Shown here: piece by piece, positions 23,547 to 35,422 of the stretch
How positions within the stretch are numbered: position 1 is the stretch's first letter
Layout: each line of letters opens with the position of its first letter
Assembly: GCF_001194135.2 (NCBI RefSeq)
Contig: NC_068990.1
Coordinates: 60,729,397-60,776,666, forward strand
Reading direction: 5' to 3'
Source: Octopus bimaculoides
Lineage: Eukaryota
DNA length: 47,270 nucleotides
Made by a program: the position numbers and the translations under genes
Notes under the pieces: model-generated
Told to the model about the DNA's origin: nothing
Database searches by the model: none
The model's input: the letters and a program-made list of their open reading frames with translations, nothing else

Positions 23547-23613
<67 letters not shown>
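23531..23613. repeat. (GA)n microsatellite about 90 nt upstream of the exon 2 acceptor
   Basis: Direct observation. Confidence 0.95.
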
Positions 23614-23617
<4 letters not shown>

Positions 23618-23705
23618 TGAGAAATATCATTTAAATTTTCTTTAACTCCCCAGACAATAAAATGCTATTAAATATTGTAAAGGACAATTTTCTTCTATTT
23701 CTTAG

Positions 23706-23909
23706 GCATCTATGCTGAAAGTACACGTAATTCAGCATGGATTTGTGTAAGTGATGATGGAACACTTTCTAGCCGTAATGAATCTCCAACTGCTGCTCGT
23801 TTGCCATCTATTAGTGATATTGAAAGTGCAGAAGAAGTTGCTGTAGCAGCTGCTGCTACTGCTGCTGTTGCTGCTGATGGTAATTCTACTAAAAAACCGG
23901 ATGATAATG
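23706..23909 (+). CDS. Second coding exon (204 nt, phase 1-1): (G)IYAESTRNSAWICVSDDGTLSSRNESPTAARLPSISDIESAEEVAVAAAATAAVAADGNSTKKPDDN
   Basis: Acceptor tttcttag at 23705, donor GTAAGA at 23910, open frame, length divisible by 3, in frame with exons 1 and 3. Confidence 0.8.
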
Positions 23910-24424
23910 GTAAGAAGTATTTGTTGTTTCTGTGAGAAAAGAATAAATTTTACTTTTGATCCTTGTTTCACTATGTATTTTTAACAGGGATTTTAAACTT
24001 CCTTTGTAAACGCCACTTCCCATTTTGCTTTTCTTTCCAAGCTGGTATTGGTTGGCCACATCAAATGAGTTATTTTATCATGTTATGGATTTTACATTAA
24101 TCTCCTTTTATTTTTATTTCCTTATTGATATACATTTGTTTTGTCATGTCATACAGAGTTCCATAAAATATCTGTTGGCTTTCACTTGCAATCCCTCCAC
24201 GTTCGGAATTTTCAGTCATTTGACAAGTTGAAATCTATGGAACTAACAGTCACCTTAAATATACCTAATCATGAGCAAAAGCACAAAAAAAAGCATGCAT
24301 TGATATCATTGTATCAATACATAGTTTCAATATACAGTATTCTCAATATATAGTGTTCGCACTACGTAATAATAATAATAATAGCTTTGTATCCTGTCTT
24401 AATACTAATATCTTCACAAAAATC

Positions 24425-25060
24425 ATAATCATCATTGTTATCATCATTTAATGTCTGTTTTCCATTCTGGTATGGGTCGGACAGTTTGACAAGAGCTGGC
24501 AGGCTGGAGAGCTGCACCAGGCTGAAGTTGTCTGCTTTAGCATGGTTTTTATGGCTGTTGATCCAATCAACGGAACAGCCTGCTCGTGAAATTAACATGC
24601 AAGTGGCTGAGCACTCCACAGACACGTGTAGCCTTAACGTAGTTCTCGGGGATATTCAGCGTGGCACAGTGTGACAAGGCTGACCCTTTGAATTACAGGC
24701 ACAAAAGAAACAAGAAGTAAGAGTGAGAGAAAGTTGTGGTGAAAGAGTACAGCAGGGTTCGCCACCATCCCCTGCCAGAGCCTCGTGGAGCTTTTGGTGT
24801 TTTCGCTCAATAAACACTCACAACGCCCGGTCTGGGAATCGAAACCATGATCCTATGACCGCGAGTCCACTGCCCTAACCACTGGGCCATTGCACCTCCA
24901 CCTTACAGTGTGTACTGGGTGCTTTTATGTGGTGCTGGCATAGGTGTTTTATATGTGGGGCCGACAAGTGTGCTTTTTACATGGCACCAACATGGTTCTT
25001 TTTATGCGATGCCAGCACAAGCACTTTTTATATGGCACCAGTACCTGTTAAGTTGCCAAG
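24425..25060 (-). mobile_element. Repeat family D copy interrupted by a family C SINE; includes 26-bp tandem units
   Basis: Family D sequence lies on both sides of 24555-24900. Confidence 0.6.
24555..24900 (-). mobile_element. tRNA-derived SINE family C, well preserved
   Basis: The minus strand has A-box-like TGGCCCAGTGG and B-box GGTTTCGATTCC. Its 3' body matches 45560-45705 inverted. Confidence 0.75.
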
Positions 25061-25544
25061 TAGCTTGCAAGACAAGGATGACTCAATTGAGAGAGAGAGA
25101 GAGGGACTATGAGTTGTGGCCATGTTCCAGGTGAGAGGCTGGAGTATGAAAGAAGATCAGGGATAACTGTCTTACTATAGAGGAAATACTTGGCAACCCC
25201 AGTGGGACAAGGAAATAGGGTGAGGTGAGTGCAAAGGAGAGAAAGATAGAGACAGTCAACGTGAGAGAGAGAGCCTACCCATGGGGAACAGCGGTGGGTT
25301 GGGGGCAGAGTATAAGTAGCACAGAGAGTATACAGGAGATATTTAGAGACAGCAAGCGATGTTGAAAGGAAACTGGAGGGGCCTGCTGTGGGTGGTGGTG
25401 GGGTTAGGGGAGATAGTTGTAGGTGAGTTTTGCCAGAGAACAGAGTTGTGTGTGTGTGTGTGTGTGAAGAGAAGTGGGGTTATGGCCGTAAAGGACATGC
25501 CTGTATGTATCGATGGCCATGATTTTATGTAGCTTGACATGTCT

Positions 25545-25930
25545 TCTTAAGTACAACAAATTGCTTGTAGTCTCAATCCTTTGTCATCTCCTCAGTGAGG
25601 TTCACTATCTGAAGATCCTTTCTTGCCACTTCATCCCATGTCTTCCTGGGTCTGTCCATTCCACAAGTTCCCTCCACATTTAGAGATCTGCACTTCTTTA
25701 TGTAGCTGCCTTCATCCATATGCATCACATGACCTTACCAGCAGAGAGAGAGAGGAACTATGAGTTGTGGCCATGTTCCAGGTGAGAGGCTGGAGTATGA
25801 AAGAAGATCAGGGATAACTGTCTTACTATAGAGGAAATACTTGGCAACCCCAGTGGGACAAGGAAATAGGGTGAGGTGAGTGCAAAGGAGAGAAGCCTCT
25901 TATATCCAATTTTTCTCTTAAATTATTTAC
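25545..25930 (-). mobile_element. RTE (BovB-like) LINE C-terminal relic, interrupted by a 138-bp duplicated segment
   Basis: Minus-strand peptide GHVMHMDEGSYIKKCRSLNVEGTCGMDRPRKTWDEVARKDL matches the RTE WxGHVxRM...GRPRKTW motif. Confidence 0.75.
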
Positions 25931-26446
25931 ACACTGACATTGCCCGTCCATGGAGCTTGCTGTTAGACAGAAAAAAAAGAGAGAGATAACAAAAATCAAT
26001 CTTCCTAATTCCTTCTTGACTTTTAGTTACTATGTTATGCAAACCAATTCTATATGTATACATTTGATTTATCTCAGCTTTTTGGTCACTAATTCTGAAA
26101 TAGATTATACCAAGCACAAGCATGATTGTGTTGTTAAGAAGCTTGTTTTACTACCACAAGGGTTTGGAGTTAAGGCCTAATGCCCTTTTATTTGGGAAAA
26201 TGTCTTCTACAATTGCCCCAGGCTGATCTGTGCCTTCACTTTGTGTGCATGTGGAAGACCATAATGTGTGTGTGTGTGTATGCGTGTGTTATGGTCAGGT
26301 CCCATCCCAAACTGCAGCAACAAAGTTCACCTGCTACAGTTCTCAGTCCATCATCACTGCCTCAAGGTCTTGGATACATTCCAGACCAGTATATACACTC
26401 AAGTTGTTGATGTAAATGTGACAACATTTTCCTCTTCTTACCTTAT

Positions 26447-26700
26447 GGAGGCGCATGGCTTAGCAGTTAGGGTGTTGAACTCATGATTGTAAGATTGTGG
26501 TTTTGATTCCTGGACTGGGCAATACATTGTGTTCTTGAACAAAATACTTCATTTCATGTTGCTCCAGTCCACTCAGCTGGCAAAAATTAGCAGTCCTGCA
26601 ATGGACTGGAGTCACATTCAGATGTGGGATTTCCACACCATGGAAACCAGGAAACCGGCCCTTATGAGTGGGCATGACTTAGGAAAGTAATTTTACTTTT
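26447..26700 (+). mobile_element. tRNA-derived SINE family C
   Basis: ggaggcgcatggcttagcagttaggg...gtggttttgattcctgg head (A/B-box-like). Confidence 0.7.
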
Positions 26701-27589
26701 TTTACTTCTTCTTACATTACTATGAAGTGGGTTCCACAAAGATTAATTTAAATACTTCCAGTTCAGGGTAGTGCATGCAGTGATCAGATAGTTGCAGCTG
26801 TCTTTGCCTGATTTTCTTGCTATCTTTGTGTCCCCATCCCACCTCATTTCTTGGAAGACCATATACAAGGAAATGACTTCATAAACAATACACAAATAGG
26901 CTGCAAAATGTTTTTAAATCTGCAGATGTAAAACCAAATGTTATAATCTAAATATTATTGTTTCTAATCTAGGCAAAAGGCCAGCTAATTTGAGGAGAGT
27001 GGAGTTAGTCAATTATATCAACCCTTACCCCTATCCCATACTTGACTAGTTACTTATTTTATTTGATTCTCTAGCAATTCCAACACTATAACAACTCTTA
27101 CAATCCCCTGACCCCTGGGAAAATAATAATTCCTCACCACAAACATAAAGAGGCTGAGTATAATTAGTTGAAATGACACCATTACATGCCTGATAATCCT
27201 TTTATCAGTACTACAAGAGTGAACAACAGGATGTGAATTTAGAATGTGTGGGAATTTATGTCATTTTTTTTAATTAACCAAAGATATAATTGGAACTTGT
27301 TTATTGTAAAGCAAAAAGAGCAGTTGTCTTTCACCTCTATCTGTTTTCATCCGCTTAATTTAAGTCATTCCAGATTATTGTATCAAAAAATGTTTAACTA
27401 GATTTTTCATTAGAAAAAAATATAATGTTGTGCTTAATCTAATTTTTGAAAATCAAAAGTGTTCTGTCAAAAGCACTCTTTTAATCTGATATTCAAAGGT
27501 ATCTTATAGGAAGTGTTACTGGTACCCATTTTGCTTCCTTTTCCCTGATACAATTCTCAACCACAATCACCTCTCTCAGTTCTTCTCCA

Positions 27590-28090
27590 TCTCTCCACTG
27601 AGATGCCCTTTTCTGGAAAGCTACTTGGCGATCTTGTGGCTGCTGACGTCATGTAAAATGCATCTGTGCTGGCACCATGTAAAAAGCACTTGCGCTGGTA
27701 CCACATTCAAAGCACTCATGCTGGTGTCACATAAAAAGCATTGATGCTGACTCCATGTAAAAAGTACCTGTGCTAGTATCACATACAAAACAGCCATGCT
27801 GGCACCACAAAAAAATGCACCCGTGCTTGTGCCACATAAACAACACCTATGTTGGTGCCATGTAAAAAGTATCCATGCTGGACCCATGTAAAAAGCACCC
27901 ATGTTGGCCCCTACATGAAAAAACACCCAATACACTTTGTAAAGTTGTTGGTGTTAAGGGTGTCTAGCTGTAGAAACCATGCCAAAACAGATGTCTGGAA
28001 CTTGGTGCAGCCCTTCAGCTTGCCAGCTCTTGTCAAACCATCCAATCCATGCCAGTATGGAAAACATATATTAAATGATGATAATGATGA
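27590..28090 (+). mobile_element. Repeat family D with an internal 26-bp tandem array (27640-27927)
   Basis: About 10 units of nnn(g/a)tgctggcaccatgtaaaaagca; (TGA)-rich tail at about 28075. Confidence 0.7.
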
Positions 28091-28684
28091 ACCATTTATC
28101 TTAGTTTGTGATGTTGCAATGTATTATCCATCACCTATAATTCAATACTGTAATTCTTGTTTTAGTTTCTTATCCAATACTAAAATGTTTGGTAAGAAAA
28201 AAAAAAATCTCAAATGCCATATTAAGAATGCTTTTGTGTGTTAAAAAGTAGTTTTACTCATTGTATCCAATGACAGACAACATATTATTATGAATGTTAT
28301 CAGCAATTCCAAAAATTCTTGATTGATATCACTGAATTATCATAATAGAAAGCATAAAAGCATATAGTTATTTCATCAATTTATGAGCAAAAAGAAAAGA
28401 AAACAAAACAAATCAAGAAACACAAAAAACAAAACGAAACTAAACAAACAAGCAAAGGAAAACTAACAATATCAAATCAATGTGTTATAATATGAAGAAA
28501 GGGAAGAAATTTCAACATTTCAGAAGGATGCTTTGCATTTTATTGTTTTTCTACTCATAGATTGCCCTCTGGACTACCATGTTGACACAAATTAAAAGTC
28601 CCAGATTATTTAGACACTGTATTTCATATAATTACTAATTACAGTATTGCTGACATTATCCTAAGATGTCAAGAGAATGTTCTT

Positions 28685-28885
28685 TTCTACTCTAGGCATA
28701 AGACCTGAAATTTTGGGGGAGGGGGCCAGTCGATTAGACCGACTCCAGTACGCAACTGGTACTTAATTTATTAACCCTATAAGGATGAAAGGCAAAGTCA
28801 CCCTCAGCAGAATTTGAACTCAGAACATAAAGACAGATGAAATACCACTGAGCATTTCACCTGACATGCTGACGTTTCTGCCAGC
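28685..28885 (-). mobile_element. Family B repeat
   Basis: Reverse complement aligns to 29135-29335. Confidence 0.8.
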
Positions 28886-29134
28886 TTGTTGCCTTGATGT
28901 CAAGAGAATGTTATTAATATTCAGTCACTGCAGTAGAAAATGAACAGTAATTCACTGCCTGGAAATCCTAGCCTATGCATCATGTACAGAGGTACTCTGT
29001 GCATGTACTCTAATGAACAAACTCTGATGCTTGTTAATATTGAATGAGCAAACTTTGTGAATTTACTCAAGATTGCCTGGCATTGTGACATCTGTTAGGT
29101 GCCATGCCTACCACAGACAATAGTAATTAAAAAA

Positions 29135-29345
29135 AGGCAGTGAGCTAGCAGAAATGTTAGCCCGCCGGGCAATATGCTTAGTGGTATTTCGTCTGTCTTT
29201 ACGTTCTGAGTTCAAATTCTGCTGAGGTCGACTTTGCCTTTCATTCTTTCGGGGTTGATAAATTAAGTACTAGTTGTGTATTGGGGTCAATCTAATTGAC
29301 TGGTCCCCTCCCACCAAATTTTGGGCCTTGTGTCTAGAGTAGGGT
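29135..29345 (+). mobile_element. Family B repeat
   Basis: Colinear with 3519-3735. Confidence 0.8.
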
Positions 29346-29454
29346 AATAATTAAAGAAAATAAATGATGAATTTGAAAAAAGTTTTAATTTAAATAAAGC
29401 CTCATTTCAACACAATCACATCAACATCATCATTGTCATCATTGTCATCATCCT

Positions 29455-29800
29455 CATCATCATGATCATCATCTTCATCATCATGAACAACATCCATGTT
29501 ACATGCTTGTTGGATGATTTGACAGGATCCAATGAGCCTAAGGACTGCATTGCACTCCAGTGTCTGCTTTGGCATGGTTTCTATGGTTGGATACCCTTCC
29601 TAATGCCAACTGCATTACAGCATATACTAGGGGCTCTTTTTCATGCCACCAGTGCTTGTGAGGTTGCCATACAGGTCACAAGACTACAAAATCCAAGGTG
29701 TATGTGTGTGTGTGAGGGGAGATCACTTTATGCCAGATGATGAGGGTTACAGTATGAAAGAAGGGAAGGAGCAGCACAGACCCTTGTACATGATATACAT
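29455..29800 (-). mobile_element. Repeat family D with (CAT)n tail
   Basis: ggcatggtttctatggttggatacccttcctaatgccaac shared block. Confidence 0.6.
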
Positions 29801-29917
29801 GACTCCTTTACAATGTTTAAAAAGGAGAGTGAAAATGAACCAGTTGGAGCTGCAAAAAGAAAAATAGTGATTATAAGGTACCTAGATATCACATATTGTG
29901 AAATAGTTAATATCTTG

Positions 29918-30034
29918 CTATAATGTATGCTTAAGTAAGAGAGTATTATAATATTTATAATAATGTATGTTTAAGTAAGAGAGTATTATAATATTTATAA
30001 TATTGTATGCTTAAGAAAGAGAGTATTATAATAC
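29918..30034. repeat. 40-bp tandem repeat, about 3 copies
   Basis: taatgtatgcttaagtaagagagtattataatatttataa recurs at 29921, 29961 and 30001. Confidence 0.9.
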
Positions 30035-30705
30035 TTATTTCTTTTGTACTAGTAGATTCAGACATTAAATGATGTACTATGTTATCATACGTATTTAGAA
30101 CAAAATGATACTATGTAAACATAAAATACAAACAAACAAAATCCTTTTTGCAAGCATGGAAAACAGATATCAAAGTATTGTTTTATGCTGCTGTATCTAA
30201 CAGTGAATACAAAGGCAAGTTTGGTGAATTAAGTAATGCCCTAGTTCAGAAATGAGAAAAAGGTTTTATATTTAAGTAGACATTGAAAAGTATGCACTTG
30301 AAGAATTCTGTTAATAAGTGCAGTTTATATAAAGTATTTTAATATCACAATTGTCAAAATGATGATGGGTATGAATAATATTTGAATTGTTTACTATGCT
30401 GTAAATATTCATATGCTATCTGACATATCTACTTGCATGTCCTAAAGTAAAGTTATATTGTTACTTAAACTGAATCCTATACATATGTTATGTCACCTTC
30501 TTTGGTCCTTTATGGAAATACTGAAGTGTTATGCTATATAGTAATTAATATATTGAGTTTGCATTTTTCTTTATTCTACCATGTTTCCTGTTATATTACA
30601 CTTTTAGTGCTTTTTTTAATGACAAAAGTTTACTTTATGCAGTAAAATATAATGTAATATATATNNNNNNNNNNNNNNNNNNNNNNNNNNNNNNNNNNNN
30701 NNNNN

Positions 30706-30739
<34 letters not shown>

Positions 30740-30742
30740 AAT

Positions 30743-31005
30743 ATTCAGTAATTAATAATAATATTTTATAATCTTAAAGCTTTTAAGTGATCTCTGTGTA
30801 TTGACTAAAGAAAATAGTCTAATATTGGGGCATATAAGCCCTTGATGGAAAAAGTGGATTTTCCATACAAATCGGATGGAAAACCCTCTTTTTCCATTGT
30901 GGGCTTATATACCCCAATATTAGAATACTAGGCTATTTCTCTTTAGTCAATACATGGTGATTGCTTATAATCTTTAAACTTATAAAATATTATCATTTAC
31001 AGAAT
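30743..31005. repeat. Long imperfect palindrome (fold-back/MITE-like), centre about 30871
   Basis: tgtattgactaaagaaaatag...tattggggcatataagccc...tggaaaaag..ttttccat / atggaaaa..ctttttcca..gggcttatataccccaata..ctatttctctttagtcaataca; 9-nt central loop. Confidence 0.85.
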
Positions 31006-31077
31006 TGTCATTCATCACTGCTTCTCAAATCATCATCATCACATATATGTACACACACACACACACACACACACATA

Positions 31078-31976
31078 CACATGGTCTGATCAATAAGTAT
31101 CCAATCTCTTGCCTTAGTAATGAAGCTAAAACATGCAGAGTGAAGCCACTTGGCACAGATTGACCTTGAACTCTGCTGTGCTTATGCACACTAGGTTTTA
31201 ATGTTCTATCTCACTTCTACTGTTTAGAGCAGTGCTTCGAAGGAACATGTGTAGTGTGTGATTGTCACATTGACCATGACAGAGAAAGTTGAGCAGAGAA
31301 TCTGCATCAAATTTTGCTAAAACCTTGGCAATACCTGCTCAGGTATGCAAAGTTTTGAAAACTTTTCATGATTCTTGACACAATCAAGGAGATCTTGTGC
31401 AACTGAAACCCAAGTGTCATTTTGGTCAGCTGAAAGCAGTTTTGGCACAGACTTGGCAGACATGCATCTCATACCCAAATCTTCAGTGATAATGAACTGA
31501 ACTGGACCATAACTAATCTGCACATCCTCTGATAACTCACGGATTGTGATTTGACGATTTTACCTCACAGCTGCACACACATCTGCAATGTTTTTGTCAG
31601 TTCTGCTGGTTGTGGGTCTCCCAGAATGTTCGTCACTATCGACATCTTAGCCATTTTGGAAACATCTGAACCACTCATATATTTGTGTGTGACTCATACA
31701 CTCCTCTCCATACACTTTCTGCAACTTTGCGTAAGCTTCTGAGCAGGTATCACCATGAGAACTTTCTCTGTCATGGTCAATGCGATGATTTCACACTACA
31801 CATGTTCCTTCCAAGCACTGATGTAAACAGTGGCGGTGAGCTAGAATGGTAAAACTTAGTGTGCATGCACAGCAGAATCCAAGGTCAATTTATACCAAGT
31901 GGCTTTGCTCTGCGTGCTGCAGCTTTGTTACTATGGCAACAGTCCGGATACTTATTGATCAGATCTTCAGATCTTG
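31078..31976. mobile_element. Non-autonomous mariner derivative made of two convergent 5' ends (long TIRs)
   Basis: TA at 31076-77 and 31977-78. TIR core (g)gtctgatcaataagtatcc at both ends. ATG MTEKV on + at 31276 and on - at 31774. Minus-strand peptide GDTCSEAYAKLQKVYGEECMSHTQIYEWF...SGRPTTS...ITIRELSEDVQISYG...VPKLLS is a mariner HTH region. Confidence 0.85.
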
Positions 31977-32022
<46 letters not shown>

Positions 32023-33711
32023 TGTACACACAAGCACACACACACATACACATATTCATATATATTACAAAATATCCTTCCTCATCTATTTTAGCTGTCC
32101 ACTGTTAATATCAGCACAAGAGCTGGCAAAAGAGAATGTCAGGGAACTTTCAAATTCCATGCATTCAACAAATGAATGATATATGTATATGTATATATAC
32201 ATATAGAAAGAAAGAGAGAGAGAACTGTAAATGAAATTAAATAAGTAATTTTACTTTTTACTTGTTGATTTAATGGATAACATTGCTAAATGTGAATGAT
32301 TATAGCTCATGGAATATATATCCTGATCATTTTCTGAAAGTTTTCAAATAAACCTGAGATTAGTAACATTCATTGAAGAATTTAAGTTAGTTGTAAATTA
32401 ATAATTGTTTTCCATTTGAAGCCTGTTCTTAGCTAAATATTATGTATGCAGGTCAATCAAAGGTTGCCTAAGAGGTGTTAGTAGATTTCAGTAGACTGAT
32501 AGAGAATCGATACTTTAAGTAGAGCAAATGCAAACATGCGAATAACAGTGTGAGCAGCCAAGTACTGGAGGCCTTGGAGCATTCAATGGTTTATGGGAAA
32601 TAATCAATAATATATGTTTCTCTTTAACTAATTTAATGCTGGTGCTGTTTAAGTAACTACTGCTAATGCTGGTATCAAAGAGAACTTCTCTTTGTACGAA
32701 GGTTTAGACTAGATCTAAATGATAGCAACAAAATATGGTGTTAGAAGACCAGTGATAACAGGGAACATACAGCATACTGATGAGGTATGAATTGAATGAG
32801 ATCTGTTAAGTATGCAGCCTGATTTTAAGCAACAGACTTTTGGCAAATGGACTCAGAAAAGTAGTGTTTTAAATACAAGCAGCAGGTAACTGGAACTGGA
32901 TGGATTCATCACCGTCATCATTTATAGCCAAATGTGCTTGCAGATTCTCATTGAGAGACACAACCTCATCCACTCCATCATTCTAGATCCAAGATTCATA
33001 ACTTTATGTCATGACCAACTTTTGAATTTGTTAAAATATGCCTGTGGCTCTTGTATATAAAACTGTAACCCTGATGCCCATTTCTATTACTGAAAATTCT
33101 TATATGAGAAAAATTAAAATATTCCTGTCATAAATGTCTATTTAAATATTGTCAACTGCACAATGGCTCACAAATGCTTTAAATTTGAAAGTTAAAAAAA
33201 AATCATTTGGGATCCTTTTGTGGTTAATGACCCACTTGTTGCCAACTCTTGTACTAGATCATCCTCAACCAAGATGTCCCAGCTAATCTGGTTCAGTATT
33301 CGAAGTTGACTGCAACAGTGGGATGTTCCAGTAAGCAGATAACATGGTGGTGCCTGTCTTCTACAAGATGTAGTTGACCTTGACTTTTCTGTGAGAATCT
33401 CTTCCACTATTAAATAGGGTTTATTTTTAATCCTGCTGGAGCCCCACACACTACTTTTCTACCTATTGAACTGGAATGAAAAAAATCAGTTTAGTCACAG
33501 CCCACCTGGCAATGACATCAGGTGTAATGAGTTACATGGTACCAGTAGCAGATAAAACCTGGTCTAAGATAGTGAATAGATTCATAAATAACGTAAATAT
33601 ATTACAATACATGCTTAAAATATATGATTGCAGAGATACATATGTAAAATCTGAAAGCATAATTCAGTTCAAATAGTGTTCTTAAAAATGTACATTGAAA
33701 ATATATATATA

Positions 33712-33770
<59 letters not shown>

Positions 33771-34084
33771 CTCAAAACAAAAAAAGTTTACATATCACAT
33801 TGATTTTGANNNNNNNNNNNNNNNNNNNNNNNNNNNNNNNNNNNNNNNNNNNNNNNNNNNNNNNNNNNNNNNNNNNNNNNNNNNNNNNNNNNNNNNNNNN
33901 NNNNNNNNNNNNNNNNNNNNNNNNNNNNNNNNNNNNNNNNNNNNNNNNNNNNNNNNNNNNNNNNNNNNNNNNNNNNNNNNNNNNNNNNNNNNNNNNNNNN
34001 NNNNNNNNNNNNNNNNNNNNNNNNNNNNNNNNNNNNNNNNNNNNNNNNNNNNNNNNNNNNNNNNNNNNNNNNNNNNNNNNNNNN

Positions 34085-34147
<63 letters not shown>

Positions 34148-34314
34148 CATACACACAATATTTTCTCTCTATTGCCTGTGTCACTCCTAAATATTTATTA
34201 CGACCAAACAATAATAATGCACTGAGACAAAGTTTTATGTCTGTGAAATCAGCCATTGACCAATAAAAAGAATACTTACACACATAGACAGTTTTTTTTC
34301 CTTTTATCTTTTGT

Positions 34315-34625
34315 CTTTTACTTGTTTTAGTCATTAGATTGTGGCCATGCTGGGGCACCACCTTGAAGGGTATAGTTGAACAAATCGATCCTGTACTTCT
34401 TTTTTAACCCTGGAAATTATTCTATTGATCTCTTTTTGCGGAAATGCTAAGTTACAGGGATGGAGGACAAACACAAACACACAAACACATACATATATAT
34501 GACAGGCTTCTACATATTTTTTATCTACCAAATCCACGCACAAGGCATTGATTGGCCTGGGGCTATAGTAGAAGAGACTTACCCAAGGTGCTGCACAGTC
34601 AGACTGAACCTGAAACTACATGATT
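34315..34625 (-). mobile_element. SINE family A variant
   Basis: gattgtggccatgctgggg...ctaccaaatcc...ggctatagtagaagagacttacccaagg. Confidence 0.7.
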
Positions 34626-35044
34626 GCAAAGCCAATCACAGACCCATGTCTACACCTACAAATTGAAACTTTAATTGAAAGCATCTTTTTAATTAGAATT
34701 TTAATTGAAAATATCTTTTTAATTAAAAAAATTGTATTTAGATTACAGATGGATTTTTGTTTTAGAGGATTTATAGCTACAGTACATATTTTTGTATGTA
34801 AATATATTTTTATGCATGTACACACACGCACACACATACGCACTTGCGCGCACACACACGTACGCACTTGCGCGCACACACACTTGTATATAAATATATA
34901 TGTATAAATGATGGAATCTCCTATCGAAAATGATGTATGAGCATTAAGTTTTTGCTCAATGACCTGCACAAATGATCTGTTTAGAGTGATCAAATGTATG
35001 TGCTGTACATAAGCTCACTCCCTCCTTCAAATGAACATTGTCTG

Positions 35045-35210
35045 TACAGGTGCGCTTGTGTGCCACATGTCAGATGTCAAAATGATTTCAGTGCAATGTG
35101 AAATGAAGTGTTTTCCTCAAGAACACAATGCTCCACCTGCTCTTGGAATTGAACCCATAATCTAGCAACCACGAGTACAACACCCTAAGCACTAGGCCAC
35201 ATGCCTTCAC
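35045..35210 (-). mobile_element. SINE family C, partial
   Basis: Reverse complement of the tRNA-like head (gtggcctagtgcttagggtgttgtactc). Confidence 0.55.
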
Positions 35211-35224
35211 TATACATAAATATA

Positions 35225-35422
35225 TATATTCGTGTACTTCACTCTGCAGAGTGGTTGGTGTTAGGAAGGGCATCTAGTTGTAAAAGCCCTGCCAAAACAG
35301 ACATAGAAGCATGGTGCAGGCTCCTGCTTGGCCAGCTCCTGCTTGGCCAGCTCCTATCAAACTGTCCAACCCATGCCAGCATGGAAGAAGGACGTAAAAC
35401 GATGATGATGATGATGATGATG
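35225..35422 (+). mobile_element. Repeat family D 3' part with (GAT)n tail
   Basis: tggttggtgttaggaagggcatc...caacccatgccagcatggaa...gatgatgatg. Confidence 0.7.

Noticed and set aside
27640-27927. Regularly spaced repeats that superficially resemble a CRISPR array
   Set aside because: Units are contiguous diverged tandem repeats without unique spacers, in eukaryotic DNA with no cas genes.
32777-32783. Exact CTGATGA hammerhead core (also at about 35904 and 41366)
   Set aside because: No stem II followed by GAAA, stem III and NUH in the required geometry; a 7-mer is expected by chance.
33192-33449. 85-aa minus-strand ORF
   Set aside because: No splice-compatible context; at most a faint resemblance to a decayed LINE endonuclease, too weak to call.
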